Assembly (NCBI GenBank): GCA_963702845.1
Contig: OY969763.1
Span: forward strand, 4,512,001 to 4,576,000
Source: an uncultured Verrucomicrobiae bacterium
Lineage (GTDB): Bacteria; Verrucomicrobiota; Verrucomicrobiia; Limisphaerales; Palsa-1400
Length of the DNA stretch: 64,000 nucleotides
Direction of reading: 5' to 3'
Numbering within the stretch: the first letter of the stretch is position 1; the number at the start of each line of letters is the position of its first letter. Made by a program: the position numbers and the translations under genes. This document shows positions 1-9,953 of this stretch, in pieces. Under the pieces are notes generated by a model. It was not told the DNA's origin. It did not search any database and was given only the letters and a program-made list of their open reading frames with translations.

Positions 1-380
1 GCGGTCAAACCTTCGTCGGGCGGAGTGAGGTTTGAATAGGCGGCTGACATCGGCATGACGGGCGCGGGTCTCGGCGCAGGTGCAGGCGGGGCGGCGGCCG
101 CTTCCGTTTCGGCAACTGTCGGTGCTGGTGCATGGGCCGATCGCCCGATGCGCAGCCTCGGGCGCCCCAGTTCGCTTGCCGCAGGTTCTGCGGCAACTGG
201 ATCTGTAGCTGCAGCTTGCGACGCGGCAAGGCCGAGTTGTTGGGCGACGTGAGCGTTAGCGAATTCGGTTGCGTCGGCTTTGCACGTCGGACAAATGACG
301 GCGAACGGCACGCGGCCGTCCACGGGTTCGAATTCGAATTTGAATTTAGTGCCGCAATTGCACTGTAGCTTTATTTCCAC
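1..380 (-). CDS. Hypothetical protein, N-terminal Zn-ribbon-like CxC...CxxC followed by an Ala/Pro linker (3'-partial)
   Basis: Not in the ORF track because it runs off the edge. Read by hand from GTG at 380: MEIKLQCNCGTKFKFEFEPVDGRVPFAVICPTCKADATEFANAHV..., open to position 1. Confidence 0.75.
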   Translation of the reverse strand, partial: MEIKLQCNCGTKFKFEFEPVDGRVPFAVICPTCKADATEFANAHVAQQLGLAASQAAATDPVAAEPAASELGRPRLRIGRSAHAPAPTVAETEAAAAPPAPAPRPAPVMPMSAAYSNLTPPDEGLT

Positions 381-470
381 GGGGTTCGCCGCCGACAATA
401 AAGCTCACTCCAACAGAATCAAGTAAATTACCGCGTTCCGCCGTTCCGGTTTTGCGCCGGCAAAATGGGA

Positions 471-2304
471 TCAATCTTCCACCGGAACGACGAGGCGTTC
501 CATGATGTAGTCTTTGCGCTCGGGCGTGTTTTTGCCCATGTAGAAGCTGAGCACTTGCGAGGCGTCGGGCTTCGACGAGTATTCGACCTGGCTTAAGCGC
601 ATTTCTTTGCCGATGAATTGTTTGAATTCGCCGGGGCTAATTTCTCCCAAACCTTTGAAGCGGGTGATCTCGGGATTCTTACCGAGCTTGGCAGACGCGG
701 CGTCACGTTCGGCCTCGCTGTAGCAATAGATCGTTTCCTCTTTATTGCGGACGCGGAAGAGCGGCGTTTCCAAAACGAACAGGTGACCGTCGTGCACGAG
801 CTGATCGAAGAAGCGATAGAAGTATGTGATCAGCAGGTTGCGAATGTGCAGGCCGTCGACGTCGGCGTCGGTGGCGAGAATGACTTTGTCGTAGCGCAGG
901 CTGTCGATGTTGTTCTCGATGTCGAGAGCGCACATCAAATTGAACATTTCGTCGTTTTTGTAAACGATGTCGCGCTTGAGATCCCAGACGTTGAGCGGTT
1001 TGCCCTTCAACACGAAGATGGCCTGGGTGTTGACGTCGCGGGTGCTGACGATCGAACCAGCCGCGGATTGACCTTCGGTGATGAAGACCATCGAGCCTTT
1101 GCCTTTACCCTTGGCTTTGTCCAAATGGACTTTGCAATCCTTCAACTGCGGGATGCGAATGGTAATCGCTTTGGCGCGTTCGCGGGCGAGCTTCTTCACT
1201 TCCTGCAACTCTTTGCGGAGTTGCTGGGTGTCTTCGACTTTCGCGATGATTTTTGTGGCGACGTCTTTGTTGCGGTTGAAGAAGTGCAGGAGTTCTTCGC
1301 GGACGGTGTTGACGAGGTCAGAACGAATTTCGGTGTTGCCGAGTTTGTTCTTGGTCTGGGACTCGAACATCGGGTCCTTCAACCGAATCGCGACGGCGCC
1401 GACCATGGCTTCGCGGACATCATCGCCTTCGAATTTGCCCTTGGCATATTCGTTGACGGCTTTCAATAGACCTTCGCGGAAGGCGCTCAAATGCGTGCCA
1501 CCGTCGCTGGTGTATTGGCCGTTGACGAATGAGAAAAATGTTTCGCCGTATCGGCTGTTGGTGTGGGTGAAACAAAACTCGAGCGTCTTGCTGGTGTAAT
1601 GGAGCGGGGCGTAAATGGGTTCGGCGTTGTCGGCCTTGAGGTCGTCCATGACGAGGTCGAGAAGGCCATTGCGCGAGACGAAGGTGGCGCCGTTGTAGAT
1701 GAGCTTCAGGCCCGGGTTCAGATAGGTGTAATGGCGCAGACGGCGCTCGATGAATTCGGGTTTGAACTCGATCTCTTTGAAAATTCCTTCGTCCGGCGTG
1801 AATTGAACGAACGTGCCGTCGGGTTCGTTGGCGGATTTGCCACCTTTTTGGCTCTTGAGCTTGCCAGCTTTGAAAGTAGCTTCGAAATATTCGCCGCCGC
1901 GATGACTGCGGACGAAGAATTCTTTGGAGAGCGCGTTGACGGCTTTTGTGCCGACGCCGTTGAGGCCGACGCTGAATTGGAAGACGTCGTCGTTGTATTT
2001 TGCGCCGGTGTTGATCTGGGAGACGCAATCGATGACTTTGCCGAGGGGAATGCCGCGGCCGAAATCGCGAATGGTGACAGGTGGTGCCTTCGACGGTGAT
2101 CTCGACTTCTTTGCCGTGGCCCATGATGAATTCATCGATGGCGTTATCGATGACTTCCTTGAGCAGGATGTAACAGCCGTCGTCTTGATGCGCGCCGGTG
2201 CCGATGCGACCGATATACATGCCGGTGCGCAAGCGAATGTGCTCGATGGACGAGAGGGTCTTGATCTTACTCTCGTCGTAAACCTGTTTCTTAGCGTCTG
2301 CCAT
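471..2304 (-). CDS. parE: DNA topoisomerase IV subunit B (type IIA topoisomerase B subunit), one apparent frameshift near 2080
   Basis: N-term [12 protein letters not shown] / EVIDNAIDE (ORF 1420..2304) joins [30 protein letters not shown] and RFKGLGE (ORF 471..2135); extra base at ggc acc acc T gtc acc. Confidence 0.9.
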
Positions 2305-2552
2305 AGAAGTTGAGCGACAACTATTGTGTTGAACGCGATTTTTGCAAGTTTTTACCTACCTCCACCGATGAGAATACGAAAAATCGCGCCGGGAGGAAAC
2401 CGGAAAGTTCAAAATTCAAATGACAATGTTTGGTGTCTCGCGAAGGACGCTGAGTGCGCGAAGGGCAAACCAACCTGCGTTGGTGAATCCCTAATCGAGC
2501 AGAGGCACAGAAAGGGAATTAAAACTTCAAACTCCCGAAGAAGATGGATGAG

Positions 2553-2762
2553 TCAATTGCGCCATGAAACAACCCCAAAAAGGTATACCAAGCCGATACC
2601 TAACGTGATTAGAACCGCTGCCCAGAACGACCATGGGTGCTCGCTGCGACTGTATAAACGAAACTTTCCCAAGATTTGCCCCGTGTATATAGCGTAGGCG
2701 CAGTAGCCAACCAGAGCGAATGCGATTACGAGTTCAACCGCGCGGTGAATGCCTGTGCTCAT
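2553..2762 (-). CDS. Small two-TM hypothetical membrane protein
   Basis: MSTGIHRAVELVIAFALVGYCAYAIY...WSFWAAVLITLGIGLVYLFG; two hydrophobic segments. Confidence 0.6.
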   Translation of the reverse strand: MSTGIHRAVELVIAFALVGYCAYAIYTGQILGKFRLYSRSEHPWSFWAAVLITLGIGLVYLFGVVSWRN

Positions 2763-2835
2763 CCGTCTAATAATTAATACACGACCAATAGATTGCGACA
2801 CTTGATGAATCGGGCAGGCGTCAAGCTATGCCGCC

Positions 2836-3297
2836 TCAAACCCATCTGTGAACTCTTTTCATGTAGGCGGCATATGATTCACCGAAGAGTCCCAACAGAA
2901 TGCGCTCCTCGGGCTTGATTTGAAATCGGTTGATATACAGCACGTATAACAACAGGAAAACCAGGCACACCGGATTCGAAAGGTAGATGGTCCAAGCGAG
3001 CAAAGCGAAGAACAGCCCGACATACATTGGATTTCTTGTGAAACGATAGACCCCGCTGCAAACCAAAGACGACGCAGTGTTGGCTTTGACAGGGTTGATC
3101 GTCGTCCGCGCGCGTCTGAACTCGACAACTCCCGAAATGCTGACGATCAGACCGACCAACAAGGATGCAACTGCGAGTCCGACTCGCACCTCACGGGGGG
3201 TATCAACAATGCCAGCAAAGCTTGGGGTAAACCACATCAGCACGCCAAGTAGGAGTGCCAAGATGGGAGGCGGCACTTTAAGTTCCAGGAAGTTCAT
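2836..3297 (-). CDS. Isoprenylcysteine carboxyl methyltransferase family membrane protein
   Basis: LVCSGVYRFTRNPMYVG and PEERILLGLFGESYAAYMKRVHRW motifs. Confidence 0.88.
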   Translation of the reverse strand: MNFLELKVPPPILALLLGVLMWFTPSFAGIVDTPREVRVGLAVASLLVGLIVSISGVVEFRRARTTINPVKANTASSLVCSGVYRFTRNPMYVGLFFALLAWTIYLSNPVCLVFLLLYVLYINRFQIKPEERILLGLFGESYAAYMKRVHRWV

Positions 3298-3313
3298 GGT
3301 GCTCAATACCGAG

Positions 3314-3446
3314 ACTTAATAATCCAGCTCAGCCGCAACCCCGCCTTATAGTTGGGGAATGGCCGAAACTGATGAGCCGATAATACCCAGCGGTTTCAAG
3401 ATGCCAAGCGTTCCCACATCGGATTTGCTGGAGCGCAGGGTTGGCC
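3314..3446 (-). mobile_element. Degenerate integron attC-like site
   Basis: Minus strand: GGCCAAC-5nt-GCTCCAGC ... GCTGAGC-6nt-ATTAAGT. Box spacing and the extrahelical base match attC architecture; the R' core is ATT rather than GTT. Confidence 0.5.
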
Positions 3447-3692
3447 ATCAAGACGGTGAATCCAGTTCTGCCACTAAGTCTAAAATCATCTATACTGTCA
3501 CCCACAGCCGGTCTGGAGAACGCAGTGACATGCACATGCAATCTCGTTCAAATTATGTACTCGGCGAGTGTACGTGCGGATCTTGTCCGAACCGCAACAT
3601 CATACACTCCGCGACAATACCCTCGATATTCGCCCTGTGGAGAAGAGGCGCTGATTGGTTTGATCAAATATGTCATTACCACGAACCGACCC

Positions 3693-3971
3693 CTATCTGA
3701 GAAACAAGCTGTGCTGTGCTGCTGCGGCGATCGCGGTGACATTCCCGGCTAAAACCTGTTCGGGAAATTTAACCGTGTTGTTGGAAGCGCCGTCTCCAAG
3801 TTGGCCGGCAAAGCTTTCCCCCATGCCCCATAGACTGCCATCCTGTTTAAGAAACAGGCTATAGAAGGTTCCGGCGGACATTTTGGTCACAGTCTGTCCG
3901 CAACTTGTGAAAGCTGACCACCCTATTGCGCCTAAAATCAGACTGAGGCTTAAAAACGATTTTGGTTTCAT
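3693..3971 (-). pseudogene. Truncated RCC1-repeat protein (signal peptide plus about 1.3 repeats)
   Basis: MKPKSFLSLS...SLFLKQDGSLWGMG...GQLGDG...HSLFLR* ends mid-repeat; paralog of the gene starting at 5813. Confidence 0.7.
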
Positions 3972-3988
3972 AAGTTGGTGAACGGAGT

Positions 3989-5813
3989 TCATTGCAATTG
4001 AAGTAAATAAAACCTTTGCGAACTCCCCGCACTCACCGCGTTCGTAACAGCTCATGCTGAAATTCCCATCCCCACTCAAAACATTCGTCGCAACCGGCGT
4101 CCACTGATTCAGCGGCATGCGCGACATTCGTGCTCATCAAGGTGTGATAGGTCGCCACCGATACTCCGTTGCTCCAATTGAAAACCAAATCCGTCCCGGA
4201 CAAACTGATTCGCGCGCCGCCGGGCTGCACCACTCGCGTCACGCTCACGTCATCCAGACCAAAATACGTATTATCGCCCCGGAATCCGAATTCAATACTT
4301 GTGCTGGTGTTGGTCGCGGTGACTGTGAACTGAATATTTGTCCATCCAATGGCGGCGACATTCGTTTTGTCCAGAAGCGTGGCTCCATTCCAGAACACTC
4401 GAAACTCATTGGGCGTTGCGCCATCTGGACTATCCAGCCAAAAAGACAGCAGATATGTTGCTCCCGGAGTCGTGGCCAAAGTTTGGTAAAGATAGCCGAG
4501 TGATCCAACAGGTCCCGATTGCAGGCCGTAATGGCCTGAGTGAACATAGCTGGAGCGGGTGGCGACCAGAGTGTCTGAAGTGTTTCCAAAAACTCCCCAA
4601 TCGGAGAGATCTCCAGTTTCAAAATCACCATTGATCAAAAGATCATACGTATAATAGGAGAACGGCACGACCCGCGCAGGACTGTGGACTTCGGTGATAT
4701 CGGGAGTAATTAAACCCAACTGGCCTCGTCGTTGTCTCCCATCGCCCACAAGCTGCCATCGCTTTTCAGAAACAGGCTGAACCAATCGCCTTCGGAAATA
4801 GCCGTGACGCCGCTGGCCACAATCTGCTTGGGGCGGTTGGTATTGTTAACTGAGCCATCACCCAACTGCCCATAATTATTCCGGCCCATGGCCCACAAGC
4901 TGCCGTCGTTCTTGAGAAAGAGGCTCGAACCATTGTTTGCGGCGATGGCGGTGACATTGCTCGCCACAATCTGCTCGGGACGGTTGGTGCCATATGCAGG
5001 GTAAATGGCATAACTACCATCGCCCAACTGGCCATAGCCGTTGGCTCCCATGGCCCACAAGCTGCCATCACTCTTGAGAAACAAGCTGTGTTCGCATCCT
5101 GCGGCAATGGCCGTAACATTGCTGGCCACGATCTGCTCGGGCTTGTTGGTCCAATTAACGGTGCCATCGCCCAATTGGCCCATGAGCTGTTCGCGCCCAT
5201 GCCCCACAGGCTGCCGTCGCTCTTAAGAAACAGGCTGTGGATCATTTCCTGCGGCAATGGCCGTAACCCCGCTGGCCACAATTTGCTCAGGTATGTTGGT
5301 ATTGTTGTTGGCAGTGCCATCGCCCAACTGCCCATAACCGTTATTTCCCATGCCCCACAAGCTGCCATCATTCTTGATAAAAGAGCTGAAAGAGAATCCG
5401 GCGGCAATCGCATGACATTGCTGGCCAGAGCCTGCTCGGGTTGATCCACGCCATAGTCATTATTGAGGTCGCCGTTACCGCCGTCGCCTAGTGCGCCATC
5501 GTTATTGCGGCCCATGCCCCACAGGGTGCCGTCGCTCTTGAGAAAAAGGCTATGATAGAATCCTCCGGCAATCGCCGTAACATCGCCGGCCAGAACCTGC
5601 TCTGGCTGGTTGGTGTTGTAATTGTAAGTGCCATCGCCCAATTGCCCCCATACGTTAAGGCCCATGCTCCACAGGCTGCCATCGCTTTTGAGAAACAGAC
5701 TGTGGCTGCCGCCTGCGGCAATTTTGGTCACGGTTTGCGCTTTGCCGGTGAAAGCGCATAAAAAGTCAACCCGACCAAGGCCGGCTGAGGCTTAAAAATG
5801 ATTTTGGTTTCAT
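3989..5813 (-). CDS. Secreted RCC1-repeat protein with a carbohydrate-binding-like domain and a C-terminal FYLLQLQ domain; several frameshifts
   Basis: Repeats HSLFLKSDGSLWxMGxNxxGQLGDG spread across ORFs 4766..5731 and 4710..5207; NGDFETG domain in 4033..4785; ATG at 5813, TGA at 3989. Confidence 0.75.
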
Positions 5814-5829
5814 AAGTCGCTAAACAGGA

Positions 5830-7755
5830 TCATTGCAATTGAAGTAAATAAAATCTTTGCGAACCGCCCGCATTGACAGCGTTTAGAACAGCCACGCTAA
5901 AATTCCCATCCGCGCTCAAAACATTCGTCGCAACCGGCATCCACTTGTTTAGCGGCAGCGCCACATTCGTGCTCATCAGTGTTTGGTAAGTCCCTCCGTA
6001 CAGCCCGTTGTTCCAGTGGAACACCAGGCCCGTCCCGGACAAACTGATTCCCGCGCTCTCAGGCTGCACCATCCGCGTGACGCTGATATCGTCGAGACCG
6101 AGATACGTATTGTCATCCCGGAATCCGAATTGAAGGACGGAGTTGATTCCCGTAGCTGTAACTGTGAACTGAAATTTGGTCCAGCCGATGGCGGCGAGAT
6201 TCGTTTTATCCAGCAGTGTTACTCCATTCCAGGAAGCCAGAAACTCATTGGGCGTTTCTCCATCGGGACTATCCAGCCAGAATGAGAGCAAATACGTTGC
6301 TCCCGGATACGTGGGCAGCGTTTGGGAAAGGTAACCGAGTGAACCGACCGGCCCGGGTTGCGCGCCATAACCGCCTGAATGAACATACCAGGGCTTGGTG
6401 CCGATCAGAATGTCAGGGAAACTATTTCCATAAAGTTGCCAGTGCGAAAAATCTCCCGTTTCAAAACCGCCATTGAGCGCGAAATTGTAGTCACTCAGTG
6501 GAGAAAGGCGCGGCAACGAAAGGGTGAACACCGTGCCATTACCCGAATTGCCTCCCTGAAATGCCGTTCCATATAACGAATTGTCGGCTAAAATTAATTC
6601 GGTTAGCGGCAGATCGCCGTCGCTGCCGATAAAATCATGGAGGTTCGTAAAACCCGATCCATCCGTGTGCACGGCGAATACCGTGCCATGACCCGATGCA
6701 CCTCCCTCGGTGGCCGTGCCATATAAGACATCGCCCCACAAAACCAGTCCGGCCTCTGGAAAACGTCCGTCGCTATTGGTGGCATAACCAGGGGGAGTAA
6801 GCGCCGTGAAACTGTAAAGGTTCGTAAATCCCGTGCCATCCGTATTGACGGCGAATATCGTGCCTTCATCGGTATCCACGCCATCAACGAAACCACCCTG
6901 ACTTGTCGTCCCATACAAAGTGCTGCCGGACAAAACCAGCGTGCTATACGAAGCGCCTCCGTCGATGCCAGTAAAGTCATGCAGTTTCGTAAATTCGGAG
7001 CCATCCGTTTGAATGGCGAACACCGTGCCCCAATTATATGCGCCTCGCGTATACATCGTCCCATACAGCGTGTTGCCCGACGCAATCAGTCCATTTGCTC
7101 CAAATCCATCGCTCGACGTAAAACTATGCAGGTTTGTAAAGCCCGTGCCGTCCGTGTGAATCGTGAACACCGTTCCGTTACCCGCAGCGCCGCCATTGTC
7201 TGCCGTTCCATAAAGGGATTCGCCTATGACAATGAACCCACCAAACGGATTTGCTCCGTCGCTGTTGATTGCACCAAACCCACTGGCAAGCGTCGTAAAA
7301 TTATACAAATTGGTAAAACCCGATCCATTCGTGTGAATGGCGAACACCGTGCCCGCACCTGAAGAGCCGCCATGCGATGCCGTCCCGTAAAGGGTGTCGC
7401 CCGATAAAACCAGACCACTCGGATTAGCTCCGTCGCCGTTTGTCAGCGGACCAGAACCCTGTAGCGCGCTAAAACCATGCAGATTTGTAAAGCCCGACCC
7501 ATCCGCATGGATCGCGAACACCGTCCCATTGCCCGATGGGCCGCCATTAAATGCCATTCCATACAGAATGTTGCCCGACAAAATCAATCCGCCAAGCGAC
7601 GACGGATTAGCTCCGTCGCTGTTGGTGGAGGAAGCTCCCTGCGTCGCGGTGAAACTATACAGATTTGTGAAGGTCTGCGCAGCAACCCGGTCAGGCAATA
7701 TCAAGGCGACGCAGGCAATCAGCGCCGGAAAGAGCAATAGAATTCTTATCTTCAT
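5830..7755 (-). CDS. Secreted GloVer (choice-of-anchor tandem) repeat protein with a carbohydrate-binding-like domain and a C-terminal domain
   Basis: Signal peptide; repeats LYGTAxxGGxxGxGTVFAIxTDGxGFTNLHxF; NGGFETG domain; ends QRFYLLQLQ. Confidence 0.85.
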   Translation of the reverse strand: MKIRILLLFPALIACVALILPDRVAAQTFTNLYSFTATQGASSTNSDGANPSSLGGLILSGNILYGMAFNGGPSGNGTVFAIHADGSGFTNLHGFSALQGSGPLTNGDGANPSGLVLSGDTLYGTASHGGSSGAGTVFAIHTNGSGFTNLYNFTTLASGFGAINSDGANPFGGFIVIGESLYGTADNGGAAGNGTVFTIHTDGTGFTNLHSFTSSDGFGANGLIASGNTLYGTMYTRGAYNWGTVFAIQTDGSEFTKLHDFTGIDGGASYSTLVLSGSTLYGTTSQGGFVDGVDTDEGTIFAVNTDGTGFTNLYSFTALTPPGYATNSDGRFPEAGLVLWGDVLYGTATEGGASGHGTVFAVHTDGSGFTNLHDFIGSDGDLPLTELILADNSLYGTAFQGGNSGNGTVFTLSLPRLSPLSDYNFALNGGFETGDFSHWQLYGNSFPDILIGTKPWYVHSGGYGAQPGPVGSLGYLSQTLPTYPGATYLLSFWLDSPDGETPNEFLASWNGVTLLDKTNLAAIGWTKFQFTVTATGINSVLQFGFRDDNTYLGLDDISVTRMVQPESAGISLSGTGLVFHWNNGLYGGTYQTLMSTNVALPLNKWMPVATNVLSADGNFSVAVLNAVNAGGSQRFYLLQLQ

Positions 7756-7954
7756 GACTCGTTTGGCCGCCGAATTGAACCGATACTACGACCGGTCGCC
7801 AGGATTGGAGGATCGGCCAACGAGCCAGAAAAACTGAGGACGACTATTAGTAACAAAAAGCCGGTCACAGTCAAATAGTTACCAACAGGGAAGCCCTTCC
7901 GCCCTCTCTGCATCTCAAGGCTGAACGACTAATTGCATTTTTTGCTACATAACG

Positions 7955-7982
7955 TTTACACGCCGTAACTTCATGATATAAT
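7955..7982 (+). promoter_or_regulatory. Near-consensus sigma70 promoter
   Basis: TTTACA-16nt-TATAAT with an extended -10 TGn. Confidence 0.6.
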
Positions 7983-8047
7983 GCCCTCGGACGCCGGTCC
8001 TTACCGGCACTGGGAGGCTGTCCAGAATGTGCAACATTCCCCGGTTC

Positions 8048-8059
8048 GTTCTTTGAAAA
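8048..8059 (+). promoter_or_regulatory. boxA-like antitermination motif
   Basis: GTTCTTTGAAAA, downstream of the promoter and two short hairpins. Confidence 0.45.
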
Positions 8060-8066
8060 CCGTACT

Positions 8067-8297
8067 AAAAGTGCGACTTAACTCGCACCAAAAGTGTCAC
8101 AATGTGCGGGAATGTGGGACAATGTGCGACTTTCCCACGATATTTTCTTTCCGGAGTCCATATTGCGAGGGTCGACGTTCGGCCTTTGACAAAAGTAGAA
8201 ACATTTCTTTCTACTAAGTATCTCCACTTGGCAACTAATTGCCGGAAGTAGAAGAAAGTTGCCAGAAGTAGAAACATTCCGATGATATTTTTCGCAC
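8067..8297. repeat. Two modules of 10-bp-period degenerate tandem repeats
   Basis: aaagtgtcac/aatgtgcggg/aatgtgggac/aatgtgcgac (8091-8130) and aagtagaaga/aagttgccag/aagtagaaac (8246-8275). Confidence 0.7.
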
Positions 8298-8340
8298 GCT
8301 TTGACGTTGTTCGCGGGTGAAGCGACAAACAGCTACATTG

Positions 8341-8369
8341 AAAAGCCGATACAGAAAATTGTATCGGCT
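8341..8369 (-). terminator. Intrinsic terminator after the Gly-rich gene
   Basis: AGCCGATACA/TGTATCGGCT stem, with a short T-tract on the minus strand. Confidence 0.7.
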
Positions 8370-8397
8370 GTGCGATTGTGTTCAGGCGGTTTTGTGT

Positions 8398-9834
8398 TTA
8401 GTGATGGCCACCGCCTCCACCTCCGTGGCCGCCTCCGCCTCCGCCACCCATGTGGCCTCCTCCTCCGCCGAAGCCTCCGCCGCCACCGCCATGGCCTCCA
8501 GAGAAACCGCCACCGTGCATTCCGCCCCCAAAACCTCCACCGTGGCTGAACGCTGATGCTGACGGGCTTCCTGCAAATGCGCGGGATCCGCCGAAGGACG
8601 ACGCGCTCGGCCGCGACATGCTCGAAAAGCCGCCGCTGCTCAATGCACTGTGCCCCGCAAAAGCACTGCGACTGGCGAAGGTTGAACCGTGTCCACCAAA
8701 CATCTGGCTGGTGTTTCCGCTGTGTGCTGAATTGATTCCGCGGTTCATCCAAGCTGCCTGGTTCCCGCTGTGGAGAGCTGTGCGAGATCCGGACGGATCA
8801 ACCATCCTGCTTCCTGTGCTGGCGACAGCGCCATTTGCACTGCGAGCGAAAGTTCCATTCTGTCCACGAACCACAGTCCCATTCGCGCCGTGGGCAATCG
8901 CCCCATTTTGACCGCGTGCGAAAGTTCCATTCGCGCCGTGAACTATTGCATTGTTCATCGACCTTGTGCTGCCATTGAAGCCATTGTTGTGGCCACCGTT
9001 GTGCACGAAGTCGCTGTGGGTATTGTTAAAACCGTGTCCGTGGAAGTTCCCATTATTATGGAAGTTCCCATTATTATTATGGTTGTGACCATCGTGGTTG
9101 TGATTGTCATGGTTATGATTATTATTTCCGAAGAAGAAATTGAAGCCGAACGGGAATCCCCATCCGCCCCAGCCCCAACCGGAATTCCAGCCCCATCCTC
9201 CCCATCCTCCCCAGCCCCACCATGGATAATAGTCGGGGGAGTACGATGCGTAGTAAGGATAGTAAGGCGTGTATCCGTAACCGCCATCGGTATACCCGTA
9301 GCCGCCGTCGCTTGGATAGGCACTTGGATAGGCGTTGTAGATGTTATTTTGATCACCAGGAGTGGTCGGTTCTGTCGGGGCATATCCGTTAGTCGAATAA
9401 TCCGGTGCTTGCGCCCCGGCGGCTTGCGCTTGTTGGACTTGTTGCGCCTGGATCGCTTGCATCGCCTGGAGCGATTGGCGCGCCTGCGTGACGCGATCGC
9501 TCTCGAGCATCGCCGCAACAGTGTCGTTCGGCACACCCACTTTGTTCAAGTAAATGATGTCATCGGCCGTGAGGCTGAAACGCTGGCCGGACGTTTCGGC
9601 GTATCCTTTCACGACTTCAGGAGCGGTGCCGGCCTGCTGAAGTTTGATGATTTCTTTGGCGCCAACGGACAGGTCTACTGGCGCTGGCAACGCGGTTGCC
9701 GCAGCCGGTTGAGCGACCGTGGTCTGGGTTGAGGGTGTTACGGCGGGGGCGGGGTCAGCTTGGACTGCGAGGGCGGTCAGGCTGAACAGCGTCAGGATCC
9801 CGCTCACCAAATGGGTTGTAAGCGAGTTTTTCAT
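8398..9834 (-). CDS. Secreted protein with a small helical domain and a long Tyr/Trp/Gly/Asn/His low-complexity tail
   Basis: GGAGG RBS before ATG 9834; signal peptide; domain IIKLQQAG...LTADDIIYLNKVGVPNDTVAAML; Gly-rich C-terminus. Confidence 0.8.
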   Translation of the reverse strand: MKNSLTTHLVSGILTLFSLTALAVQADPAPAVTPSTQTTVAQPAAATALPAPVDLSVGAKEIIKLQQAGTAPEVVKGYAETSGQRFSLTADDIIYLNKVGVPNDTVAAMLESDRVTQARQSLQAMQAIQAQQVQQAQAAGAQAPDYSTNGYAPTEPTTPGDQNNIYNAYPSAYPSDGGYGYTDGGYGYTPYYPYYASYSPDYYPWWGWGGWGGWGWNSGWGWGGWGFPFGFNFFFGNNNHNHDNHNHDGHNHNNNGNFHNNGNFHGHGFNNTHSDFVHNGGHNNGFNGSTRSMNNAIVHGANGTFARGQNGAIAHGANGTVVRGQNGTFARSANGAVASTGSRMVDPSGSRTALHSGNQAAWMNRGINSAHSGNTSQMFGGHGSTFASRSAFAGHSALSSGGFSSMSRPSASSFGGSRAFAGSPSASAFSHGGGFGGGMHGGGFSGGHGGGGGGFGGGGGHMGGGGGGGHGGGGGGHH

Positions 9835-9953
9835 TTCGGCCTCCAAATAAACCTACGACGGAATTGGGTAAGCGGAAGGGGTGATTTTTTACTGTTGAGT
9901 TGGCCTCCCGGTTGGGTGCTGCTTGTCGACTTGGTGAAGTCACGACATCATTG

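Noticed and set aside
7981..8328. ORFs 7981..8217 (+) and 8065..8328 (-)
   Set aside because: The first starts inside the -10 box; both show atypical composition driven by DNA repeats
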